From NCBI GenBank assembly GCA_009602725.1, contig WELB01000007.1, positions 1,192,310-1,256,309 on the forward strand: a stretch of DNA of 64,000 nucleotides. The letters are read 5' to 3'. Below are positions 1 to 10,489 of this stretch, piece by piece (within the stretch, counting starts at the first letter, position 1; each line of letters begins with the position of its first letter). A program made the position numbers and the translations under genes. Below the pieces are notes generated by a model. The model was given only the letters and a program-made list of their open reading frames with translations. It did no database searches and was not told the DNA's origin. Source of the stretch: Spirogloea muscicola. Lineage: Eukaryota.

Positions 1-120
<120 letters not shown>

Positions 121-152
121 CGCCGCGGCTGGCGGCGGCGGCGGCGGCGGCG

Positions 153-3100
153 ATGGGCGGCGCCGGCGAGCAGCTGCTGCCCAAGTTCGCGTGCACCGCC
201 TGCCCCGCGGCCTTTTCCACGGGCGCCCAGCTGCGGCTGCACAAGTCCCAGTCCCACCACCCGAGCGCCCTCTCCGCGGGCCACTGCCGCGGCGACGTCG
301 CCGACGCCCCCGCCGCCGCCGACAGCTCCTGCCTGCCGACGTTCCTGCAGCCCAGGGGCTCGACAGGTCCGGCTAATGCAGACCATGCCCTCTGCGCGCC
401 GTCCAGTGCCCCACGGCGCTGCCGCAGCGCCCGACGCCCGACGACGGCACTGCATTGCAGTGGCAGTGCTGTCCGTTAGTGGCAGCTCAAGAGCTGTCTC
501 GAGCACGCGCCGCTGAAGGCCAGCTAAAGCGCAATTGCTGCACCAGGCGATGCGGATGTCGAGGAGGACGGGCCGCGCTACGCCGGCCAGTTCCCGCCCG
601 GCTCGCCGGCGCCCCCGGGGGCGCTGACCGACGAGGCCAAGAGCCCGAGGTTCTGGGGCCGCCTGGATCTCCCCTTGGCAGACGAGGAGGCAGGGCTTCT
701 TGACCATCAGCCCGCTGACGGCGCCGTCGCCGCCCCACCTGAGCAGCGGATGACGAGCAGGGGCTCGCTCGGGGAGAGCCCCAGCTCTGACTCCTTCTCG
801 TCCAGCTCGTCCAGCAAGCTTCACCACTGGACATCTGGGTGAGTGAGTGCTGCAGCTGCTTGGGCTGTGCCAGCATCTGTCCAAGCAAGTGCTGCGCTGT
901 TGATGCACATATCTGCTCTACCAGCAGCTGCATTGAAGTGCATTGATGCTCCTGTGACAACGACAGTCTTCAACGACAGTCTCCAGTATGAGAACCACAC
1001 ACTCCTTGCTTCTCAGCATTTGCAAGCTTGCCGGCAGACTTACTACTGCCAGCTCTGCCAGCATGCCGCTTCGTCTGAAGCCCTGAGCCTGTTTTTTGCT
1101 GGCACAGCGAGCTGACATTGAGGGAGGAGGAGCTTCGTGACGTGCTCCAACGTTATGTCAAACAGCGGTGCTGCTGGGACCCAAGGCCGGCCAGGACGTG
1201 GAGCTTCCGCAGGGTCGACGACTTTTGTGCATACACGGGCACGCTGGAGAGCTTTGTAGAGACGAGGAAAGTTGTGCAGGAGAGGGAGCCATATACTGGT
1301 GCCCCTGTGGACGGTGAGGCGCAAGGCGCCACGCCTGGCCCCTGGGATGTCTCCGTTGTTGGGCTAGCACCAGAGTTGTTTCAGACTGGAGAAGCTCGCC
1401 TCAGGCTTCCTCACTCTGAATCTGTAGTACGCTGTCCAGGTTGGTGTTCAACTCTGACTTCCGCACCACATTGTGGTCCTTGTGCTGGAGCTCGTCATTC
1501 TGCCAATGACCACATGCTTGTCGCATTTTTTTCACGTGGCTTCACTGTGATGCTTCTTTTACAAAGGGACATGCCAAAGTGCAAGTCACCTGACGAGTTG
1601 TAAGCACTGGCAGATGCCTCTCATCAGCAAACAAACAAAAACGAAAATTGCACTGGAGCCCTTCTTGGGTGTTGTAGGTAACTAAAATGAAAATGCCGAC
1701 TATGACAAAATGCTACAGGGGCATTGACAGAAGCCTGTTGTTATTGTCATGCAGAGTGCATTGGTAAGGGCGAGCTGCCATGCAGCAACTGCTTCACGGC
1801 AGATGGAATGAAGAAGTGTATTTACTGTGAGGGTACAGGGAGGACACTTTCAAATACCGACGCCTCCGCACTTGAGAGGTGCTTCAGATCCTCCGAGCGT
1901 CCCCTGAAGGAGAAGGCCTTGTAGCTTGTGCCTAGGTGTAGCAGCCTATGTGGTTGTTAAGTTCCTTGCCTTTCCCTCTGTCTACTAGAACTGGCTCCTG
2001 ACTATAACCACACTTCATGAGCATCTTACGAGGCCTCCAGCATGGACGGCAATTGAATCTGTTCAAATGCCCGACTGAGATGTTCTCAGTGATTGTTTCC
2101 TGCAGAATGTGGGCGTACTTCAATTTCGGATGCCAGCACTGCAGCGGCAGTGGCATGGTGCTCTGTGCAAAGTGCAAGTCGCGGAAGAAAGTGCGATGCC
2201 CTCCCTGCCGGGGACTAGGGTCAGTCATCACTCGAAGGGTGCTCATTGTCTCCTGGTAAGCAAGCGTGTTTGGACTCTCTTGCTGCGCACAAGAAGGACA
2301 GCAGATGCATTATATTGGTGGTGCAAGCACTTTGCCAGCTTAGTCAGAGGGTCCCAATCCTTCGCTTGGCCCAGACCTTTCAGTGTATACAGTCTTTGGC
2401 AGTGAAGACCAGTCTTATGGATGAGACACTCTGCAGCCAGTTTCTGAATGATACACTCGACTCTGTCGGCTTACCTTCACAGGACCAATTTGTCACGGAC
2501 TCGAGTGAGCAACCCTGCCAAGGGCGTGAAAGTGCCCGAATGGGTGGTGAAGCATGCCCGAGGCACGGAGCTCTTCAAGATGCAGTCCCTCCCTTGTGCC
2601 CCCGCCCTTTTCCCAGGGAGCAGTCGACTCTCCAGCTTGTCTGCCAAGGTAGCATTCAACTATCTAGCAAACCTGCAATGTTTTTCTGTGACCAAGTTCG
2701 ATTTGGATGCTGATGTGAGCAGTCGCTCAGCTGAAGCCCTATATCTTATTCGGCAAGTGACAGATGCTGTTGCCTCAACTTATGTTTGCTGGCAAGTAGT
2801 CGGTCTCAGATTCTGAATATGTTGCAGGAGAGGCTGTTGATCTTACCTTAGAGTACAGTATTAATGTCTATAGGCAATGCAGCTTCTTCATCTCGGTACC
2901 ACACGTCTTTACCCTTTGTCTGTGACTTTGCATCAGGTACTGGCTGAGAGGCCAGCAATACCTAAGGGTGCCCGGTTGCTGTGCGAGCGTCACATCCTCA
3001 GCGCGGTCCCCATCACCAGGGCAGTCATGCAGAGCAACCACGTGTCCTTCCCGTTCTACCTCCTTGGACTCGACCGTAGAATCTATGCAGAGGATTACCC

Positions 3101-3158
3101 TGTGAAATGCAGTGTTGCATGGTGCTGCTGTCATGGTCAAATCTGCTGGCCATCATGA
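153..3158 (+). CDS. SSUH2: SSUH2-like protein (DnaJ-type CxxCxGxG zinc-finger repeats) with N-terminal C2H2 zinc finger; multi-exon, copy 1
   Basis: Exons about 153-366, 547-838, 1109-1439, 1755-1878, 2107-2255, 2484-2648, 2937-3158 with GT-AG ends. Peptides: LREEELRDVLQRYVKQRCCWDPRPARTWSFRRVDDFCAYTGTLESFVETR, RLPHSESVVRCPECIGKGELPCSNC, CQHCSGSGMVLCAKC...CPPCRGLG, ARLLCERH...IYAEDYPVKCSVAWCCC. These match the SSUH2 family architecture from memory. Confidence 0.85.
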
Positions 3159-3310
3159 CTGCAGAGGCAGGAGCGCTGGTTGTTTCTCAAAGTGTGTCCT
3201 TTTCATCCCCTTGCTCTTGTCTGATTCTTGAAAACTTGCAGACTTGGTTGTTGAAAAAAGGGCTGTAGCACCGAGTTGTGTCCTGTTTGTGACCTGTGGT
3301 CTACTAGCAG

Positions 3311-5916
3311 CTAAAGCTCCCAGCCTCTGACCTGAGTTTTGTTTTCAAGTACTCCCCATTCGTTGCTGGCTTCTTTGATAGACAATTGGAGCATCTCTGG
3401 TTTCGGAAGCATCATCAAAGTGTGAAGCATGTTGTAGATCAGCTTCCCAGCTGGCATGAAAGCCGATCGCGCAATGCTCACAGGGCTGTGGTACTAAGAA
3501 TAGCAAAGCAGATGTTACAGTCAACAGCACGTGGCTGCGACAGGCATTTGTGACCTAATTTTTTCAAAAGAGCTATCCACGCACTACCACGCACTATCCG
3601 AACTACCACACCTTGTCAGGTTGCTCGCACTAGCCAACTCTTGGTTGTCTCGCAGGCCTGAGCTCGATACTACCCTACTGTAAGAGAGGAGCAGTGGTGG
3701 CAACTCGTGCCACACAATTGGGTTATAGATGGCACCTTATACTATGCTGTCATGCTAAGACAATCAAAGCTGGGGAGGTCTGCAGTTGGTGGGATCTTGT
3801 ATGGAGGCTTTGTGACCTGTTCCATCATCCAGGCTTCCAGCTGCGCTGACCGTCAGTGTGATGTGCTTCAATGAATTGTATTTGGAGCACCCGGAGTCTT
3901 TGCAAGACAAGCTCGGGCAGCGTTGGGCAGTCCTAAGGAGGCCAGGCGTACCTGCATGTGCGCTTCCCTTCCATACCATAGTTAGTTCCAGGCTGTAAGA
4001 GTGTGACATCTGGTAAAATCTTTGGCTTTCACCATCTTAAACATCGAGAATGACATTGAACACCACCACTCGCAATTGAAAGACTGGTCTTCGGACAACC
4101 ACCAATATTTTGTCTTGGCAAGAGCAGACATAAGTTGTCCATTGGTGCCACATTCTTTGCTAAAGGCGTGAGGTTTACCTGGCAAGTACCTGAGAGACAA
4201 GCTCTGCCGTTTGCTGAGGGTCGTCATGCTGCAGACCTGCAACTCGCTCTTGGACCTGCCAAGTGTGATATCTACAACAACTTCGGACAGAGTGGCAAGA
4301 CCTTGGCACAAGTTGTCAGCTGCCTATTTGCGAGTTCACAAGTATATGCAGCCAATCAAAAGTAGATACAATCTCATTGAATCAGTCTCTTACTTTCAAG
4401 ATAGCAGGGGATAGCTTGAACAGTAGCGCTTTCTGCTTCTCTCGCCTTTCCTTCTCATCACGCTGATAGTCGTGGATGAAAGAGCACCCAGAGGATTTGT
4501 GGTAACATGAGAAACCTCGAAGAATTTCTGACTGTGGGTTAATTATTTGGAAGAGCCATGCAGAGCAGCCATTGTCAAGTAGCTCCTCTTTAGCAGGCAC
4601 GCAGTAACCGAGGAGTCGATCGATTGAGCCTGCTTCAGCAGCCTGCATATTGCAAGCTACCGCCTTCTTACCTTGCGGCAGTTCTCCAGTGCATCAAGGT
4701 CATTCTGCAGCATAGCGCAGCGCTCCTGCAGGGTTGACAACTCCCCTTTCACCTCCTCCATCCCCTTCTTCACAAGCTGCTTACAGCACCAATCAAGGTC
4801 ATACATTGCATCATTACTCAGATCCAATGATGATATGACGCGTGTTAGCAGAGAGTACTTGCAGCAGTCGCAGCCACGTACCTCGCTGTGTGCTGTCAGC
4901 TCATCCTGCATTTCTGTCAGCCGCCACTCCAGGTCAGAGAGGGCCCCACCACCTGCATCTGACGTCAATGGCGGCGCGGCCGCCACCCTTGTGGTCATCA
5001 CCTGCTTCCCGCTGCTGCAATTCCCACTGCAATGTCCATAAGGGTGGTGCCCCGGACGCCAGCCAGGAGGAGGTACCCACAACTGGTCCAAGATACCATT
5101 TTTCTGGCACGTAGCAGTGGCCAGCGTTAGTAGCTGCTAAGTGGGTGGTTACCACTCTGCAGGCAGATCCAGGCCAGAGCAGCAGAGCAATGCAACGTGC
5201 GTGATCAAGCCCTGCAAGAAGCTGGCTGTGTAGGCAAAATTTTGCAGCTTCTGATCCTGCACAGCAATTGCTGTAGTGCCGTGTGCAGCAATTACATGTG
5301 CATGTCAACTAGCTGCAGCTGTTGACAATTTGTCAATAGAGCAACTTGTCACCTGGCGTAGCCCCATGAGGTCAGCAGCCTCCAGCCAGTACTCCATGGC
5401 GCCCTCCGTGTTGTGACGTCTACGGAAGCGCTCGCCAGAGCCGACGACGGTGTCGGTCATGTGCTTGAGCAGGTGATCCAGTAGGCCGGTGTCGCCAATG
5501 TGCTTGCGAGCCTCGTCACGAAGCAGCGGTCGCAAGATGGGCTTCTGAGGCGTCGCAGATCGTGCGTGCATGATGTCCACGAGCTTCAGCTGTGCTGCTC
5601 TGTACCTGCAATCGAGGCACAGTGCTGAGCTGCAGCCTGGGTCATGCTCAATGATGGGTCCTCAAGGAAACAAGCTCTGATCTGCTGCAATCACGAAGCG
5701 GCCGACCAACACAATTCAAGAAGGACCAACATCCAGCATGCCGTGCAGGCGCGCACAGATGGCCGCAACAAGCAAGGAGCAGGTTTGCGGTAATAGCGGC
5801 AGACGCGCGATGCAGCAGGTCGTGGTGCCGAGGGCCTGCCTGTCGGACGACCAGCGGCCGCGCATGTCCTTGGGGAGCTTGAGCACGTTCTGGGAGGGCG
5901 ACGGGTCCTTGCCCAT
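3311..5916 (-). CDS. SWI1: SWI1/DYAD/AMEIOTIC1-like meiotic protein, copy 1 (3' exons uncertain)
   Basis: Signature RGRWSSDR|YRAAQLKLVDIM...KPILRPLLRDEARKHIGDTGLLDHLLKHMTDTVVGSGERFRRRHNTEGAMEYWLEAADL (5916-5354), then LWVPPPGWRPG and coiled-coil exons (about 5114-4890, 4777-4672, 4462-4394). The start at 5916 and stop at 3311 are best guesses. Confidence 0.85.
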
Positions 5917-6149
5917 GTCGAGCTGGGCCAGCCAGAGCGGCGGCGCTGGCGGCGGCGGGGCCGGGGGCGCTGGGGAGGCAGTGGCGGGGCGATCGGGAGG
6001 GAAGGTGGGGTTGGGGGGGCATTGGGGCGCCCCGCCCCGCCCCGCCCCGGTGACAGCGACCAGCCGCCGGTTCGGGCAGCTCCTCGGCGTGCGCGCCTGA
6101 GACGAAATGGCGGCCGGCCGCCTGCCCTCCCCTGCCCCTCCAGCTCCTC

Positions 6150-8830
6150 TCCGCTAATCTAAGCTTCCTATTTCTGCTGTCGCGGGGGTTCGAGATGCGC
6201 CCTGATTGCCTAGCCAGTGCCTCCACTGATGTACTCGTGAACACCCTCTGTATGCACCGCTGGGTCTTAAGCCGCTCGTTTGTCATGTGCAGCCGCGTTC
6301 TTTACCCCCGCCTCTCCTCACCCCTCGGCGCAACGAGGCCCTCCCGCCCTCCCCCTCGCCCGACGCTGCCGCCCGCGCCTTCCCCTCTCCTCCTCACTTC
6401 CCCACCCAATCTCCCCACCCCCTCCCTTCCTCCAACCCCACTTGTCCTCGCAGTCTTCCACCTCAGCCCCTCCCCCCATGAATGTATCAACACCATATTC
6501 CGCAGCGACTCGCCTGCTCTGCTCTCCTGCCACGCCCCTCACCAGGCCGGCCCAAACCTCTGCGCGCGCAAGGCCCCCTTAACCCTTTTCTTCTCGCGCC
6601 TTCAGCCCTCCTTCCCCCACCGCCTGCACGCCACCGCACTTCTAGCCTCTAGCGCACGCCGCCCGCCGAGCTTGGGCCCCCGCCTCCTCCCGACGGCTCT
6701 CCGCTCTGCCCGCGCCAGTCTCACTTCCGACGCCCACTCCTCTCCCATCTTGCCCATTCCTTCGCGCTGACCTTCGTCAGCCATTCGCCTTTAAAAGCTG
6801 CTGCTTCTGCTATTCGCCATCCGGCGCCTGCCTGCAGCCCGCCTCCCGCGTGACGGGACGGCCGGCGGCTTGGGGGCTGGGGCACGCGGGGCCGCCGGCC
6901 GCATCGGACGGCATGCAGCTGCTGCGCGCCACCGCGCCCGCACATCCCGGCCGTCCGCCGGCCGCGGCCAGGCGCCGGTCCTGTCCGGCGACGTGATCTC
7001 CCGCCCCGGCTGGCCCCACCCGTCCAGCCCACAGCCAGCCGCTTTCAGAGAATTGAGGATAGGGGCTGGACGGGCTTTCGCCCTCTCCTTTCTTCTTTTC
7101 TTCTCCATGCCCACTAAAGGGAGACTACTTTCTCTAATCGGCAGCTGCTCGACAGGCGGGTTTGAGCACCAAGTGGCCACTTGAATCGCTGTGTGCTTTC
7201 ACGCCTTTCTGGCCCCTTCGAACTTCGTTCCTCTTTTTCCTGGGCTGGCAAGTCACACACCATACTGGAAGAGTCTCTCTCCTTGCACTCTCAACCAGCT
7301 CTTGCGCTTCGTGTCGTCCTCCGCGCTCAACTTCACCACGTTCAGCGCAACCTGTCCTTCCTGGCCTCTCAGTTGCTAGTCGTTTGGATCTTCGGCTCCT
7401 CACTCGTACTTACTAAGTGGTTCATCCTACCCCCGTTTTGAAGTAGCAACTTTGGCCCCTTCGTTCTTTGGCCCCTTCGCACCTTGTGAAATTTTTAGGG
7501 CTGGCTTATCACAGCCCTTGCCCCTATTGGGAGAGCCACTTCTTCGCAGTGGCCAGCAGCGAGCTGGCCAGAGCAGGCAGCAGCTCAGGAGACCGGGGCT
7601 GCCGAGACATGTTTAAGCGCAAATGGCGATAGCCGCGTGCGAGCCAGCTGCTAACGTGGACGGCCAGGTGCTGCTCGGCAGGAGCAGGCGCTCCGCCGGG
7701 ACTCAAAGTGGCGGCATCACCAAAAGTCGGAATAGCTCTTCCGAAGTAAGGGATGGCTGTGAGAGGCCAGCCCGATAGTATGAGATCACCACAATGGCGC
7801 CACGAGAGGACGATTCTTGTAGGGGGCGATGCCTGTGGCAATAAAGCGTAAAGAGAGAGTGAGAAGGGCTTCCAAAGGAGGCGATGGCTGTGAAAGAAGC
7901 AGCAGCTCGGTCAGAGGTGGGCCAGGGCTGTGAAAGCAAGCCCACAACGACTGAACGAATTTTAATTGGCCGGGAAGCACTGCTAAGAAAGGCTGCTCAG
8001 TGACCCCTAGTCGGCAGCCGCAAGCAAGTCAAGAAAGTCAGCAAGTCAAGGAAGTCAGCAGCTTGAAAGAAGAAAGCCATTCCAAAGGAGTCGCTCCGCC
8101 TACATCCTCGGGCGGCAGCCAGGGCACAATGACCAGCAGATGCAGGGCATGTGCCAGAGAGAAGCTGCAGGGAAACACGAGGGCCAGAGAGACCGCAGCG
8201 CTGACGACTGCTCGCTCCGCCCGATTTGGCTTCCGTTTCGTTTCATGCGTACCGCACGCCTCCTCCTCTCTTTGCAGACCTTGTTCATTCCTTTTGGGCT
8301 GGCCTCTGACAGCCATTGCCTACATTGGAAGAAAGTGGCTCTTCCAGAGAGAAAAAGAGAGAGACTCTTTCAAGAGAGGGCGATGGCTGTCATTGGCCAA
8401 CCCAGGAGAAAAAAGTGAACAAAGTTCGAAGGGGCCAGAAAGGCGTTTCCGAAAGAAGAAGCGCCTCTCACAAAGGGGGGCAAGGGCTGTGAGAAGCCAG
8501 CCCGAAAAGAATTGACTTCCGAAAGGCCGGCACCAAAAGGAGGGCGAGAGAAGAAGAGAAGTGGCTCTCCTAATGGGGGCAAGGGCTGTGAGAAGCCAAC
8601 CCAAAAAAGAATTGACAAGGTTCGAAGGGGCCAAACTTCGAAGGGGCCAGAGGCGCAAGCTCTTAATTAGGGAACGATGAATCACTCAATAACAACGAGT
8701 GAGGAGCCTCAAATCCGACAGACTAGCTGGCGGAAAAACAATTCCCTGACAAAAGCCAGAGGCAAAAAGGTTTCGTGTATTTGAAACAATCGAAGGCCAA
8801 AACGGCCAAGTACAAAGGCAAGCACATCTG
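6150..8830. mobile_element. Cluster of nested, 5'-truncated RLE/CRE-like retroelement 3' ends in both orientations
   Basis: C-terminal remnants at about 6165-6195 (+, FLLSRGF), 7135-7165 (+), 7374-7416 (+, ASRLDLRLLTRTY*), 7997-8200 (-, SLAHALHL...RLPTRGH*) and 8686-8760 (-, PPASLSDLRLLTRCY*). Many GGCCCCTTCGAAC and GGGCTGGC..CAGCC 3'-UTR motifs are interspersed. Confidence 0.8.
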
Positions 8831-8854
8831 ATGACGTAGCAACTAGCACTTAGC

Positions 8855-9899
8855 AGCTACTGGAGCTGCTAGAGGAGGAGGGATGGGAGGGGGGGAAAAG
8901 GAGGGCCGGAAGGCCGCTGGGGGCTTTATCGACCTGACCTGCGTCCACTTCTGGAGCTGCTAGAGGAAAGGGGCAGCAGCAGGGGCAGGAGGGATGGCAG
9001 GGGGTAGGGGAAGAAGGGCCGGAAGTGTCGATTGGGGCCTTGTCAACATTTCCTGCTGGAGCTGCTAGAGGAGTGGGGCAGCAGCGCGAATTGCTTCAGA
9101 GCCATACACCAAATAGGCTAATAAAGCTCCAAACAGAGCCACATCAGGAGCCGCTCGAGGAGTGGGGCAGCAGCAGTGGCACGAGGGATGGTGGGGGAGG
9201 AAAAGAGGGCCGGAAGTGCCAATGGGGGCCTTGTCGACCTGTCCTGCGTCCGCTTTTGGAGCTGCTAGAGGAGTGGGGCAGCAGCAGTGGCAGGAGGGAC
9301 TGGGGGGGGAAGGAGAAGGGCCGGAAGTGCCGATGAGGGCTTTGTCGACCTGGCCTGCGTCCGCTTCTGGAGCTACTAGAGGAGTGGGAGGCAGCAGCAG
9401 TGGCAGGAAGGATGGCGGAGGTGGGAAGAAGGGCCAAAAGTGCCGATGGGGGCCTTGGAGACCTGCTTCCGCTTTGGGAACTGCTAGAGGAGTGGGATGT
9501 AGCAGCAGTAGCAGGAGGGATGGCCGGGGGGGGAAGGAAGGCTGGGGGTGCCACGGAGCGGAGGGAGCCGTGCCGACGGGGGCCTTGTCGACCCGTCCTG
9601 CGTCTGCTTCTGGAGCTGCTACAGGAGGGGGAGGCAGCAGTTGTGGCAGGAGGAATGATGGGAAGGGGAAGGAGGGCTGGGGGTGCCACAGAGCGAAGGG
9701 AGCCGAGCCAATGGGGGCCTTGTCGACCAGACCTGCGTCCGCTTCTGGAGCTGCTAGAGGAGGGGGAGGCAGCAGCTGTGGCAGGAGGGACGGCGGGGGA
9801 GGGAAGGAGGGGCGGGAGGGCTGGGGCATTGGGGGCTGGGCCGAAGGGGCAGGACCTGCCGCCGCGAATGCCATGGAGCCAAGGGGAGCCGTGCCGACG
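8855..9899. repeat. G-rich minisatellite, about 9 diverged units of roughly 90-140 bp
   Basis: Recurrent core CTGGAGCTGCTAGAGGAGTGGGGCAGCAGCAGTGGCAGGAGGGATGG...GGGCCGGAAGTGCCRATGGGGGCCTTGTCGACC...CTGCGTCCGCTT starting near 8860, 8951, 9056, 9146, 9256, 9367, 9474, 9610 and 9745; ends at the N at 9900. Confidence 0.92.
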
Positions 9900-9900
9900 N

Positions 9901-10460
9901 TACTGGCTCGACACTGCGCCCGAGAGCCGGACCTGCAACCGGGCAGCGGCGCCAGAGCCCGTCAGCCGCGGCGGCGGCGTAGCAGAAGCTGCGGGGGCGG
10001 CAGCGAGCGTCGTGGCGGCACCGGACGGCCCGGACCTTGCCGCCGGGGAGGCCGCCGTTGGCGTTGATGGCGACGGGCGGGCAGCCGGTGCCGAGGCAGC
10101 ACTCGATGTCGACGCCGAGCTGCCGCAGGCCGTCCACGAGGTCGGCGATGGGCCGCTCCCGCATGCGCGGCACGCCGTCGAGCACGTACCTGCAGCAGTT
10201 GACCGATCAATTGATCACACAATACCCATACTATAATACTATAACCATAACTGTAACACCTATATATATAACCTACAGCAATAAGGATAACTCTATATAT
10301 AAACTCATTCCCATTAACCCTGTAACCAAGTCCTCTGACCACCACCCAAGGACCATCAGACTCTGCCTAAACGACCAGAATGTGGGCTTACGGTGGCGGC
10401 GGCAGACCTGCCGTCGCCGCCGGCGGCGGCGACGGCGGCGGCGCGAGCGGCGGGCGCGGG
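9901..10460 (-). pseudogene. EPSPS: Fragment of EPSP synthase (3-phosphoshikimate 1-carboxyvinyltransferase) with two introns
   Basis: Degenerate exon end (RP)L-AAAVAAAGGDGR|gt at about 10455-10408. Intact 154-nt exon 10189-10036: [51 protein letters not shown]. Next exon start 9932-9901: [11 protein letters not shown], cut by the N. Upstream exons are replaced by a retroelement remnant. Confidence 0.9.
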
Positions 10461-10489
10461 CGGCCGAACGGTTGGAAGCGGGGGGAGGC

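Noticed and set aside
7210..7225. TTCGAA motif read as a tRNA T-loop or Pol III B-box
   Set aside because: No cloverleaf or A-box could be built; it is part of the retroelement 3' UTR.
7190..8660. Recurrent ~30-40 bp motifs separated by variable sequence, superficially a CRISPR-like array
   Set aside because: Motifs occur in both orientations, are irregularly spaced and diverged, follow retroelement stop codons and carry TSDs. The context is eukaryotic and there are no cas genes.
9065..10236. 260-300 aa Pro-rich or Gly-rich ORFs
   Set aside because: By-products of a GC-rich minisatellite with open frames on both strands, several crossing an N; no domain signal.
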